A stretch of DNA of 64,000 nt from Nitrospinales bacterium (GCA_965223345.1 CBDCWG010000012.1:2080001-2144000); one strand, 5' to 3'; positions 9,452 through 19,008 are shown, counted from the first letter of the stretch. Translations and numbers: made by a program. The notes: a model not told the origin generated them from the letters alone.

Positions 9452-10726
9452 TCAAAACAGGGTTTTCCCGACCACCTGTTCCAGTTCCGCCAGGTTTTTT
9501 TCATAGTCCGTCAGTTCTTGGTGGTATTGGGTTTCCCAGCGCAGCAGGGTCACCTGGTTGTCCAATAGGGTGAGAAAGTCCACCTTGTCCACTCCGTAGC
9601 CCGCGATGGCGCTTTCCAGCGACTGCCGGGCCTGGGGGAGGATGCCTTTGCCGATGAGTTGCAAAGTTTCCGTCCCTCGCTTCTCCTCATCCATCAGCTC
9701 TTTGATGCGCAGGAAAATTCGGTTTTTGGCTTTATGAAACCCTTCCTGGGCCACCTGGACCCGGTAGCCTTGCTCCGCCACCTTGCGGCTCTGTTTGGTT
9801 TTGTGCCAGAGCGGAATATTGATGCCCACAAAGGCGGAGACAAAGTCCGGCCGATCTTGAAACGCACCGTCTTCCCGCTGACCGTATTTGAACCCGACGT
9901 TGAAATTCGGATAGTATTCCTTCTCCGCCAGTTTCCTGGATACCAGATAGCGCTCCTTCTGCAGCCGGAATTCCTCCAGAATCGGACGGTGCTTTTCCGC
10001 CAAAGCCTGAAGTTCCTCGATTTTGTAGGTAAAAGAGGTTTTGGCGATCCCGTGCGGAATCGTGAGCGGAGCCTGGGGCATTAGGTCCATCAGAGAATTG
10101 AGCTTGGCCTTCTCCGACTCTTTGAGCTTGTCGAGTTTGATCAGCTCATCCCGGATCTTGGACAATTCCACCTGAGCTTTCAGCACGTCCTGCTGCAATC
10201 CTTTTCCCACCGAATATTTTGATTCGGTGATCGTGACGAACTGTTCCAGAAGCGTCTTGTTCTGCCGGGTGATGTCGATGGCGGCCAGAACGAAGCACAA
10301 CTCGAAATACGACTGCTTGACCTGCCGGATGACGGAGTGCTTCAGTTCCTCAAGATTTTCCTCAGCGATATCGACGTTTTTTTGCGCCATTTCCGTGCGC
10401 AGGCCCAGTTTCCCTGGAAACGGCAGTTTCTGGGAAATCACGATTTCCTTCTGCGTCACCGGCTCCTGGTCGAAAGCGAACGTGTCCACCGGCAGATTTT
10501 TCAGCGCAAAGCGCAGAACAGGATCATCCAGGGACCCAGCCTGAGAAGGAATCTCCTGGGAAACGCGAATCTGGTCCTGTGCTTCCCGCAATGCCGGGTT
10601 GTTTTCCAGGGCAATCGCAATGAAGTCTTTCAACGTTTGCTTGAAAGACAATTCCTCCGCCAGAGCAACTCCGTTGGAAAAATAGAGCAAGCAGATTGAT
10701 GCAATGAAAAATAGCGTCCGTTTCAT
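9452..10726 (-). CDS. TolC/CusC-family outer membrane efflux protein
   Basis: Signal peptide, QKLPFPGK, INIPLW, DFLTLLD; GGGGGA RBS before ATG 10726 (alternative start 10762). Confidence 0.9.
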   Translation of the reverse strand: MKRTLFFIASICLLYFSNGVALAEELSFKQTLKDFIAIALENNPALREAQDQIRVSQEIPSQAGSLDDPVLRFALKNLPVDTFAFDQEPVTQKEIVISQKLPFPGKLGLRTEMAQKNVDIAEENLEELKHSVIRQVKQSYFELCFVLAAIDITRQNKTLLEQFVTITESKYSVGKGLQQDVLKAQVELSKIRDELIKLDKLKESEKAKLNSLMDLMPQAPLTIPHGIAKTSFTYKIEELQALAEKHRPILEEFRLQKERYLVSRKLAEKEYYPNFNVGFKYGQREDGAFQDRPDFVSAFVGINIPLWHKTKQSRKVAEQGYRVQVAQEGFHKAKNRIFLRIKELMDEEKRGTETLQLIGKGILPQARQSLESAIAGYGVDKVDFLTLLDNQVTLLRWETQYHQELTDYEKNLAELEQVVGKTLF

Positions 10727-10863
10727 GGTTCCCCCATAGGCAAGCGGTCGTACCGCTTGCATGCGGTTTCATCCTCAAGGCGGAACAAGCCGAAAGAGAA
10801 CGAATCTAATTAGCCCAAATGGGCATAAATATATATACTGCTAAAATAAGGGGGTGAAACGGA

Positions 10864-11136
10864 TTATCTTGGAGGGTGATAGAGGGGAACGGTATGGGGT
10901 TCCGGGAATTCGATTTTCCCGTCCGAAAAAGCGTAGTCCATCGTCAGGGGTATTTCAATTTTCGGGGATTCCGATGCCATGGGAACGGTGCAGGGAGCAC
11001 ACAGGACCTGGCGGGCGCAGTCCATGTTGTCCATATTGTGGGCCGTCGCCTGCACTTGACACACCCCAAGCGCAAAAACCCCCAGGAAGGTCAATGCAAT
11101 CAAAAACCATTTTATTTTTAAGGTTTTTCTGAACAT
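10864..11136 (-). CDS. small exported-type protein with CxxC and C-terminal HPPR (DUF2946-like leader)
   Basis: Hydrophobic N-terminus, AHNMDNMDC...CAPC, ends PLYHPPR; first ORF of the cus operon. Confidence 0.6.
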   Translation of the reverse strand: MFRKTLKIKWFLIALTFLGVFALGVCQVQATAHNMDNMDCARQVLCAPCTVPMASESPKIEIPLTMDYAFSDGKIEFPEPHTVPLYHPPR

Positions 11137-11159
11137 ATTGATTAGATCCTCTAATCTTC

Positions 11160-11187
11160 AGTATATTCCCTCAGAAAAACCTGTCAA
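11160..11187 (-). promoter_or_regulatory. sigma70-type promoter of the cus operon
   Basis: TTGACA-N16-TATACT on the minus strand, just upstream of ORF 10864-11136. Confidence 0.6.
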
Positions 11188-11440
11188 GCGATGTCATTGT
11201 GTTTCAGTAATTTCTGTTTTGTTTCCGATATTTAAAAGCCCCAAATATTTTATTCTCCTGGTTTGATTGATTTCAAATGATGCGCCGATTCACGGGCACG
11301 GATGAAGCAGGAAAAAAATGAAGGGTCTTAATTTATTGAAAAGAATCTCTGTATTCAAAGTCGAAAAAAAAGTGCTTGACTCGGAAAAATAAATTGCTAG
11401 AAGTGCAGCATAACTATATCGCAATTTCATAAAATTTAGC

Positions 11441-11737
11441 ATGAATATGGCGTCGAAATGTAGATTGCTAGCTGTGGGGTTCATACTGATTTACATCTTC
11501 GCCGCAGGAAACCTTGCCTCCGCGTTCGCTCACCATACACCCCACACACACCATTCAAACCACGAGCATCATGAAGATTGTGCGATGGAGATGGACTGCA
11601 ATTATTGCTGTCTAACCACGCCATCAAAGTCTCTGGATCTGGTATTTTTATTTCCTCTTTTAAATAAAACGAAAGACCTGACATCCATATTGGAGATTCT
11701 TTGCATCGCTCCTCCTTCTCCCCCTCCTAAAAAATAA
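11441..11737 (+). CDS. small His/Cys-rich exported-type protein with Pro-rich C-terminus (DUF2946-like)
   Basis: Signal-like N-terminus, HHTPHTHHSNHEHHEDC, CNYCC, ends APPSPPPKK. Confidence 0.55.
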   Translation: MNMASKCRLLAVGFILIYIFAAGNLASAFAHHTPHTHHSNHEHHEDCAMEMDCNYCCLTTPSKSLDLVFLFPLLNKTKDLTSILEILCIAPPSPPPKK

Positions 11738-12147
11738 TTTTATTCCCATAAATTCTTACGTCCATCTGGGTCGCTGCCTTCTCAGAATGCAGGGAGTCGT
11801 GTGAACGTGCATGTTCCGGTTTCTTGAAAACGGGTTGAGCAATCTTTCCCGATTGAACGGTTTTATGTGCACGTCACTCCTTACTGCCTTTGTTAGGAAG
11901 GCTCCCCCAAAATAAAGGCGTACTTCAACTCAAGCAAATCAGTGGAAACCGTTTCCCGATTCCGGCGATGGGTTTGGATGTAGAGACCGCATGCCGAAAA
12001 TTTGTGTGCGGATCGCTGCTGCCCTGATCCGGGTGATCGAAAGATGTTTTATTGTGAATTTTTCGGTCCGGACGGGAGTGCTTGAAAATACCAACCAGCG
12101 ATGACTCCATGATTTTCGCTTCATGGACGAAAATAGATGAGGATAAG

Positions 12148-12840
12148 ATGAATCTCGATGACAAGAACGTGTTTCAACGGTTCTCGTATCATGTGAAGGA
12201 AAGAGGCTTTAAAAATACTTTCCGTTGGAAAATTTACCAGAAAGTAATGAGTAAATTTTCCAATTACTATTTTGATTACAAATTCGGAGTGGAAACCAGA
12301 ACCATCGTTCCACTAGATCGGCTAAAAATCATGAGTGAAAACAAAAGCTGCGGTGTGGATTATTGGCCCACGAATTACTATCTCTTGAAGAACGTATTCA
12401 GTAATTTGCGGCTCAATTTCTCAGAAAGCAATTTCGTGGATTACGGTGCTGGGAAGGGGAGGGCCATGCTGTTTGCTTCCCAATATGGTTTCAAGAAAGT
12501 AAAGGGAATCGAGTTTTCCAGGGAGCTGTCGCAAATTTGCCAAAGAAACATACGCACCTATTTAAAAAAGAAAAAGCAGTTCTTTGATTATCAAATTTTA
12601 AATATGGACGCAGTAAATTATCAAGTTCAAAACGAGGATAACGTCTTTTATTTCTATAACCCATTCACGGAAAGGGTTATGGAAAATGTTTTGGTCAATA
12701 TCGATGAAAGCCTGAAGAAAAAGAAAAGAGACATCGCTTTGATCTATGTGAATTCTGATTTTTCCGAATATTTTCAGCGGCGGTACCGGCAAACCTATTT
12801 CAACGACAATATCCTGGAAACCCGGATATTTAAGAATTGA
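12148..12840 (+). CDS. class I SAM-dependent methyltransferase (paralog 1)
   Basis: FVDYGAGKGRA, GIEFS, FYFYNPF; AT-rich; start uncertain (ORF opens at 12082). Confidence 0.85.
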   Translation: MNLDDKNVFQRFSYHVKERGFKNTFRWKIYQKVMSKFSNYYFDYKFGVETRTIVPLDRLKIMSENKSCGVDYWPTNYYLLKNVFSNLRLNFSESNFVDYGAGKGRAMLFASQYGFKKVKGIEFSRELSQICQRNIRTYLKKKKQFFDYQILNMDAVNYQVQNEDNVFYFYNPFTERVMENVLVNIDESLKKKKRDIALIYVNSDFSEYFQRRYRQTYFNDNILETRIFKN

Positions 12841-12917
12841 GATGAGGGTAAGCGTGCCTCATTTTTGAGTATTTAGCCCATGATAAATTTAATTGTAATA
12901 AATCGGGTTTAGCCCTT

Positions 12918-13625
12918 ATGGCTGGAGATGGAGGGAAAATGAACGGTATGAATCTATTCCAAAGAACAAGACGCTCGATTAAAGAAGCAGGCCTTGTTAC
13001 TACTATAAATGAAAAGCTGGTGCTAAGAATGTGGAACGGAATTTCTGATTATGTTTTTGATAATAAGTATGGCGTTGAAACAAGAAAGTCGATACCGCTT
13101 TCAAAATTAACAATAAAAAGCGTAAATAAGTGTAATGGCATCGACTATGATCCCGTCAACTATTTTATTCTGAGAGATATCTTTGTATCATTGAGTCCGT
13201 GTTTTAACAGAGGCAATTTCGTGGACTTTGGATCGGGCAAGGGAAGGGTCATGCTATTGGCATCCCAGTATGGCTTTGAGAAGATAATAGGTGTTGAGTT
13301 CTCTAAAAAGCTATGTGATATCTGCAAAAATAATTTATGCAAAACATCAGAATGGAATGAAAGAAAGAATAAATTTCAAATTGAAAATATAGATGCTGAA
13401 AAATACTATCCAAATAAAAATGACCGCGTGTTCTTTTTCTTCAATCCCTTTAAGGGGCGGGTTTTAGATTCTGTGCTGGACAATATAGATGCTAGTTTGA
13501 GGGAGCATGAAAGAGATATCATGTTGATCTATGTGATGCCGGTGCAGGCTGAAAATTTCAAAAAACGTTACAGAGAAGTATGTGTGTTAAAAAATATTGT
13601 AGAGACAAGAATATATGTGAATTAA
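12918..13625 (+). CDS. class I SAM-dependent methyltransferase (paralog 2)
   Basis: FVDFGSGKGRV, GVEFS, FFFFNPF; colinear with paralog 1. Confidence 0.85.
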   Translation: MAGDGGKMNGMNLFQRTRRSIKEAGLVTTINEKLVLRMWNGISDYVFDNKYGVETRKSIPLSKLTIKSVNKCNGIDYDPVNYFILRDIFVSLSPCFNRGNFVDFGSGKGRVMLLASQYGFEKIIGVEFSKKLCDICKNNLCKTSEWNERKNKFQIENIDAEKYYPNKNDRVFFFFNPFKGRVLDSVLDNIDASLREHERDIMLIYVMPVQAENFKKRYREVCVLKNIVETRIYVN

Positions 13626-13773
13626 CCAAAATGGATGCGTAAAGTGCTTTTTTTAAGTTTTCGTTGAAAGGTGAGCTAGAAAAAAAATATTATGCTTTTA
13701 GTAATTGGAGGGTGGGCAAAAGTATGATGGCAGTTTAAATTAAAGGAGTGACAGGCAAAATTATAAAATTATT

Positions 13774-14070
13774 AAATTTGCGAATTTATTTGAACGCCAG
13801 TCTTCAACTTGTCGAGATAATTTGCCCAATCCTGCATCATATTCCGGCCTTCGGGAAGGTGTGCCGTTCGATTGTGAGCGCGCCCGTTTGGGTCACGCAC
13901 GACGAGGCGAGTTGGTGTTCAATTTAATCCAGGTGAGATCCCAGAATTTCATCCAGAATCGTCCGTTCATCCTTGCCGATTCCCATCCTTCGCATGGCCG
14001 CGAGGATAGCGTTGTCGCTCACCGGCTGGTCTTTACTTCGCGCCTCCGGAAATACGTAGAGCCCTTACTG
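13774..14070 (-). pseudogene. decayed C-terminal fragment of a P4-type tyrosine integrase
   Basis: Manual translation YVFPEARSKDQPVSDNAILAAMRRMGIGKDE/RTILDEILGSHLD*IEHQLA (frameshift) VRDPNGRAHNRTAHLPEGRNMMQDWANYLDKLK; lies next to the tRNA 3' end. Confidence 0.85.
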
Positions 14071-14296
14071 AGTCAAAGTCTGCAATTTTTGTAGTTTCCT
14101 CAAAATTTATGCGGCAGAGGGACGATTTCTGGGTATTGGCTTCGAGAAACAGGAAGCTACTTTCCCGGAGATAGGCTGGCTGCTTTCATTTGCACCAGGG
14201 TGTCCAGAAACCCCATAAGCATCTATGATCGTGGCATAAAAAACCATTATTCATAATGCTTTATGGATCTTTCGGGATATCCAGGGATGAAAAGAT

Positions 14297-14371
14297 TGGT
14301 AGCCCCAAGGGGAATCGAACCCCTGTTTCCGGCGTGAGAGGCCGGCGTCCTAACCCCTAGACGATGGGGCC
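14297..14371 (-). tRNA. tRNA-Glu(CTC)
   Basis: GGCCCCATCGTCTAGGGGTTAGGACGCCGGCCTCTCACGCCGGAAACAGGGGTTCGATTCCCCTTGGGGCTACCA; cloverleaf with encoded CCA. Confidence 0.97.
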
Positions 14372-14458
14372 GCGTGCGATTGCGGGATGCGGGTGTCCGG
14401 CGTGGCCGGATCGTATGTCTGGTTGTTTTTATGCCCGGGCCGGTTCTGTTTTACCGGC

Positions 14459-14938
14459 TCAAAATCCGGGTTTGTCCATGATCGGCGGTCCGCCGCCCTT
14501 GGAGCGCCGCTGCTTTTTCTTTTCCTCGCGAATCCGTTGTTCTTCCTCCAGATCCCGCTTGTTCACCTTGGAGATCAGATACACCATGAGCGGGTAGGCG
14601 GGCAGCGACATGACGCCCCAGGTGGCGAAAAACATGCCCTGCGGCGACATGGGGCTGGAATCCGCGTTCTCACTGCCGGTCATGCCGGTGAAAGCGAGAA
14701 ACAGCATCAACCCGAACAGCATTCCCAGAAGCGAACAGATGGCGGTTTTGTGCAGCACTTCGTTGGGGTACAATCCGGGAACGACGGGAAATTCCGTGAC
14801 GTAAGCTCCCAGAAGGCCCAGCGTGCCCATGATGAAAATGGCCGCCATGAGAAAATCGGTGGTGATGGCCCAGGTGGCGACAACCAGATAAACGGGCGCC
14901 CAAAGACCGACGATGAAGGGATTGCGGTATATATTCAT
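14459..14938 (-). CDS. hypothetical membrane protein (about 4 TM)
   Basis: 159-aa hydrophobic ORF with charged C-terminal tail, between the two tRNAs. Confidence 0.7.
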   Translation of the reverse strand: MNIYRNPFIVGLWAPVYLVVATWAITTDFLMAAIFIMGTLGLLGAYVTEFPVVPGLYPNEVLHKTAICSLLGMLFGLMLFLAFTGMTGSENADSSPMSPQGMFFATWGVMSLPAYPLMVYLISKVNKRDLEEEQRIREEKKKQRRSKGGGPPIMDKPGF

Positions 14939-14978
14939 GAGTTAGGACCGGGTTGGATTGGGCAAAAAAAAAAGGAAA

Positions 14979-15052
14979 TGGCTCGGGCACAAGGATTCGA
15001 ACCTCGACTTTCAGGGCCAGAACCTGACGTCCTACCATTAGACGATGCCCGA
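14979..15052 (-). tRNA. tRNA-Gln(CTG)
   Basis: TCGGGCATCGTCTAATGGTAGGACGTCAGGTTCTGGCCCTGAAAGTCGAGGTTCGAATCCTTGTGCCCGAGCCA. Confidence 0.97.
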
Positions 15053-15078
15053 GTGTCAATTCCTTTGGATTCGAGATC

Positions 15079-15107
15079 ATCATAGATTCATATTATTTTA
15101 CTGTCAA
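15079..15107 (-). promoter_or_regulatory. sigma70 promoter for tRNA-Gln
   Basis: TTGACA-N17-TATGAT on the minus strand. Confidence 0.7.
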
Positions 15108-15176
15108 CCCCAATTCCCGGAGAGGCAAGCGTTTGAAAAACAGAGTTGAATTTCAATCCGAAAGGGAGCGCAAACG

Positions 15177-15758
15177 GTGCGGGTGATCGCGGGAAAAGCC
15201 AGGGGGACGCGGCTTTTGAGCCTCAAGGGCGCGGACGTGCGGCCCACGCTGGACCGGGTGAAGGAATCGTTTTTCAACATCGTCGGGCCGGATCTCACCG
15301 GACAGCGGTTTCTCGACGGGTTCGCCGGCACGGGGTCGATCGGCATCGAAGCGCTCAGCCGCGGCGCGGACCGCGTGGTGTTCGTGGAAAAGCAGGGGCA
15401 GGCCCAGAGGCTGATTCTGTCCAACCTGGAAAAGTGCCATTTCGGGCGTGACGCGGCAACCGGAGAAGCGGAAAAATGGGCGCTGTTGAAAAAGGATTTG
15501 TTTCACGCCCTGCCTCTGTTGGCGCAGCAGGACATGCGGTTCGACATTGTGTATCTGGATCCGCCTTTTGCGGACGACTGTTACGAGCGCTGCCTGCTCG
15601 CCCTTGCGGAATCGCCCATTGTGACTGATTCCACCCAGGTGGTGGTCGAGCATTTCCGCAAAACGGAACTCAAACAAAAGTATGCTACACTGGTCCGCAC
15701 TCGTGAAAGGCGCGTGGGAGACTCGGTCCTGTCCTTTTTCGGCCGGGAAACGGCCTGA
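15177..15758 (+). CDS. rsmD: 16S rRNA (guanine966-N2)-methyltransferase
   Basis: RVIAGKARG, RPTLDRVKESFFN, DGFAGTGSIGIEALSRG, DPPF. Confidence 0.93.
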   Translation: MRVIAGKARGTRLLSLKGADVRPTLDRVKESFFNIVGPDLTGQRFLDGFAGTGSIGIEALSRGADRVVFVEKQGQAQRLILSNLEKCHFGRDAATGEAEKWALLKKDLFHALPLLAQQDMRFDIVYLDPPFADDCYERCLLALAESPIVTDSTQVVVEHFRKTELKQKYATLVRTRERRVGDSVLSFFGRETA

Positions 15759-15805
15759 ATGGCGCGGCCTTTTCAGGAACTTCAAATTTGGATGAATTTT
15801 CGCTG

Positions 15806-16897
15806 ATGATGCAGCCGGCAACGCAAAATAAGGATAAGCTCGTCATCGCCATGAGCGGTGGGGTGGACAGCTCCGTCGCGGCGGCCCTGCTCAAGCAGCA
15901 GGGTCACGACGTCGTCGGCATTTCGCTGCAGCTCTGGAACTACAGCTCGGAGACCGACGACCGGTTCGGCACCTGCTGCTCGCTCGACGATCTCGCCGAT
16001 GCGCGGCGGGTGGCGGACAAGATCGGCATTCCTTTTTACATCCTCAATCTGGAGAAGGAATTCCGTGCTCAGGTGGTGGACACCTTCGTTTCCGAATACC
16101 TCAAGGGGCGCACGCCGATTCCCTGCACGCTGTGCAATCAGAAGCTGAAGTTCGACGAGCTGTTGCAGCGCGCGGCGGCGTTCGGTTTCCAGCGTGTGGC
16201 GACCGGGCACTACGCGTCGATCGTGCGCGACGATTCGGGCCGGCTGACGGTGCGCCGGGGCCGGGACCGCAACAAGGACCAGAGTTATTTTCTGTTCAGC
16301 CTGTCGCAGGAGCAGCTCGCAAGATTGCATTTTCCGCTGGGGGATCTGGACAAGCAGGCGGTGCGCGATCTGGCGCACTCTTTGGATCTGAATGTCGCCG
16401 CTAAGGACGAGTCGCACGAAATCTGTTTCATCCCCGACAACAACTACGCGAACTTCATCGCGAAGGAAGTGGAAGAGGGCGCTTTCAAAGAGGGCGCTGT
16501 GGTAGACTCGGCGGGCAGGACGCTGGGCACGCACCGCGGCTATCCCGCCTTCACGGTGGGCCAGCGCAAGGGGCTCAACCTGGGCGGGTTGAAGGAACCG
16601 TATTTCGTGACGAAGATCGATGCGCAAAAAAACCAGATCACGGCGGGACCGAAGCGGGAACTTTACCGCGGTGAACTGTTCGCGGACGGCGTCAACTGGT
16701 GCCTGAATCCCGAGAGCCCGTTCGAGGCCGACGTGCAGATCCGCTACCGCCACCGCGGTGCGGCGGCGCGCGTGACGCCGCTCGATAATGGGCGGGCCCG
16801 GGTCGAGTTTGCCGAGCCGCAGATGGCCGTGGCGCCGGGGCAGGCGGCGGTGTTCTACCGCGGGGACTGCGTGGTCGGCGGGGGCTGGATTGAATGA
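15806..16897 (+). CDS. mnmA: tRNA-specific 2-thiouridylase
   Basis: SGGVDSS, ATGHY, KDQSYFL, PGQAAVFY; start approximate. Confidence 0.95.
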   Translation: MMQPATQNKDKLVIAMSGGVDSSVAAALLKQQGHDVVGISLQLWNYSSETDDRFGTCCSLDDLADARRVADKIGIPFYILNLEKEFRAQVVDTFVSEYLKGRTPIPCTLCNQKLKFDELLQRAAAFGFQRVATGHYASIVRDDSGRLTVRRGRDRNKDQSYFLFSLSQEQLARLHFPLGDLDKQAVRDLAHSLDLNVAAKDESHEICFIPDNNYANFIAKEVEEGAFKEGAVVDSAGRTLGTHRGYPAFTVGQRKGLNLGGLKEPYFVTKIDAQKNQITAGPKRELYRGELFADGVNWCLNPESPFEADVQIRYRHRGAAARVTPLDNGRARVEFAEPQMAVAPGQAAVFYRGDCVVGGGWIE

Positions 16898-17703
16898 AGG
16901 ATGCGGTGGACGTTGCGGTGGAAGCGGCGCTCGCCGCAGGCCGCATCCAGAGCGAGCGCAGCGGGGACATCGGAAAAATCGAGTTTAAAGGCAAGTTCGA
17001 CCTGGTCACCGAGGTGGACACGCTGTGTGAGCAGGAAGTGATCCGCATCATCCGCAAGCGTTTCCCCGATCACGAATTTCTCGCCGAAGAATCCGGAGCC
17101 AGCGCAGGCAGCCCCTCACCCAGCAAATGGATCATCGATCCGCTGGACGGCACCATCAACTACGCGCACGGGTTTCCCTTCTATTGTGTGTCCATCGGCC
17201 TGGAGCACGAAGGGGAGGTGATCGTCGGCGTGGTGTACAGCCCGCGCATGGACGAGCTGTTCGTGGCCGAAAAAGGCAAAGGCGCGACGATCAACGGCGA
17301 GCCCATCTCCGTTTCGACGATTCCCGAACTCAAGGACAGCCTGCTCGTCACCGGGTTCACGCCGCAGGTGGCGCACTCGACGAACAACAACCTCGATCAT
17401 TTCAGCCATTTCATGAGAGCCTGCCAGGCGCTGCGGCGGCCGGGTTCCGCGGCGATGGATTTGTGCTACACGGCGATGGGGCGCTTCGAAGGATTCTGGG
17501 AGATGCGGCTGCATCCCTGGGATGTGGCGGCGGGCAAGCTGATCGTCGAAGAGGCGGGCGGCACCGTCACCCGCATGAACGGCGAACCGGTGTCGGTCTA
17601 CGACCGCGAGATCCTGGCCAGCAACGGCCTCGTGCATCCGGAGATGGTGCGGGTGTTTGTGACCGGCGGGGCGGACGAAAAGCGCAACGATCCGGCGGCG
17701 TGA
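16894..17703 (+). CDS. suhB: inositol monophosphatase family protein
   Basis: WIIDPLDGTINYAHG, GSAAMDLC, WDVAAG. Confidence 0.9.
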   Translation: MKDAVDVAVEAALAAGRIQSERSGDIGKIEFKGKFDLVTEVDTLCEQEVIRIIRKRFPDHEFLAEESGASAGSPSPSKWIIDPLDGTINYAHGFPFYCVSIGLEHEGEVIVGVVYSPRMDELFVAEKGKGATINGEPISVSTIPELKDSLLVTGFTPQVAHSTNNNLDHFSHFMRACQALRRPGSAAMDLCYTAMGRFEGFWEMRLHPWDVAAGKLIVEEAGGTVTRMNGEPVSVYDREILASNGLVHPEMVRVFVTGGADEKRNDPAA

Positions 17704-17739
17704 ACTTCATTTGTGAAATCCATTCGTTGAGGTGACATC

Positions 17740-18750
17740 ATGACGCAAACCGTGCAGGCATACGCCGCGCAAGAGGTGAAGGGCAGGCTGGAGCCGTTCG
17801 AATACACATTGCCGGAACTGGGGCCGGAGCAGGTCGATGTGAAGGTGGCCTATTGCGGCGTGTGCCATTCCGATCTCAGCATGTTGAACAATGACTGGGG
17901 CATGACCGCATTCCCGTTCGTGCCGGGGCATGAGGTCGTGGGCACGGTGGCGGCGAAAGGCGAGCGCGTGCGCGGTCTGGAAATCGGCGATTCCGTGGGG
18001 ATCGGCTGGTTTTCGCAGAGCTGCATGCACTGCGGCCAGTGCATGTCCGGCAACCACAATCTGTGCGCAACGAACGAGCAGACCATCGTCGGGCGGCACG
18101 GCGGTTTCGCCGACCGCGTGCGCTGCGATTCTGCCTGGGCGGTGCCTCTGCCCAAAGAACTGGACCTGTCCAGATGCGGGCCGCTGTTCTGCGGCGGCAT
18201 CACCGTGTTCAACCCGATCGTGCAGGCGGGAATTCAGCCGACCGACCGCGTCGGCGTCGTCGGCATCGGCGGGCTGGGGCATCTTGCGTTGCAGTTTCTC
18301 AACAAATGGGGCTGCGAGGTCACGGCGTTCACCTCCTCGCCCGACAAGGCGGCGGAGGCGAAGCGGCTCGGCGCGCACCACATCGTCAACTCCCGCGACG
18401 ATAAAGAAATGGCGACGATCGCCGGTTCGCTCGATTTTGTTTTGAACACGACCAACGTGAACCTCAACTGGGAAAGCTACTTCAACGCGCTCGGCCCGAA
18501 AGGCCGCTTCCACACGGTGGGTGTGATCCCGGACCCGATCCCCGTGCCCTCGTTTCCCATCATGGCGATGCAGAAATCGATTTCCGGGAGCCCCTTGGGC
18601 AGTCCCGCCGTCACCCGGAAGATGCTGGAGTTCTGCGCCCGCCACGACATCGCGCCGGTGACGGAAGAATTTGCGCTGAAGGATGTGAACGATGCGTTCG
18701 AACACCTGGAAGCCGGCAAGGCGCGCTTCCGTCTGGTCCTCAAGGTTTGA
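17740..18750 (+). CDS. Zn-dependent NAD(P)H aldehyde reductase / alcohol dehydrogenase (Ahr/CAD family)
   Basis: CGVCHSD, GHEVVG, structural Zn cysteines, GIGGLG. Confidence 0.92.
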   Translation: MTQTVQAYAAQEVKGRLEPFEYTLPELGPEQVDVKVAYCGVCHSDLSMLNNDWGMTAFPFVPGHEVVGTVAAKGERVRGLEIGDSVGIGWFSQSCMHCGQCMSGNHNLCATNEQTIVGRHGGFADRVRCDSAWAVPLPKELDLSRCGPLFCGGITVFNPIVQAGIQPTDRVGVVGIGGLGHLALQFLNKWGCEVTAFTSSPDKAAEAKRLGAHHIVNSRDDKEMATIAGSLDFVLNTTNVNLNWESYFNALGPKGRFHTVGVIPDPIPVPSFPIMAMQKSISGSPLGSPAVTRKMLEFCARHDIAPVTEEFALKDVNDAFEHLEAGKARFRLVLKV

Positions 18751-19008
18751 GTTTCGTTCGCAAGTGATTGTTTGGCCCCGGTTTCATCCCTCCTCAATTC
18801 TCTTTTTCTTATCCAACCCTGTTGAAAAGCGGTTTGTTCGTCCTTCCTATATTTTTTCGCGATAAGATACTTTTAACATAAAAAACTTTTAAAAGTGTTT
18901 TTAGTGTGTTAAGTTCAGGCATGTTGCTGGATCATGCGGGGGCTTTGTTACCCGCTGTGAGAAAAACTCATTGAAATTATGTGTTTTAAAATTCAGGAGG
19001 TGCACATC

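Noticed and set aside
11760..12080. Possible riboswitch or ncRNA upstream of the methyltransferases
   Set aside because: No family consensus recognisable by eye; needs an Rfam/Infernal scan.
13822..14094. 90-aa plus-strand ORF
   Set aside because: Antisense to the integrase relic, which explains the sequence.
14964..14973. Poly-A run as a phase-variable tract
   Set aside because: Intergenic; reads as a U-tract just after the tRNA-Gln 3' end, consistent with termination or processing.
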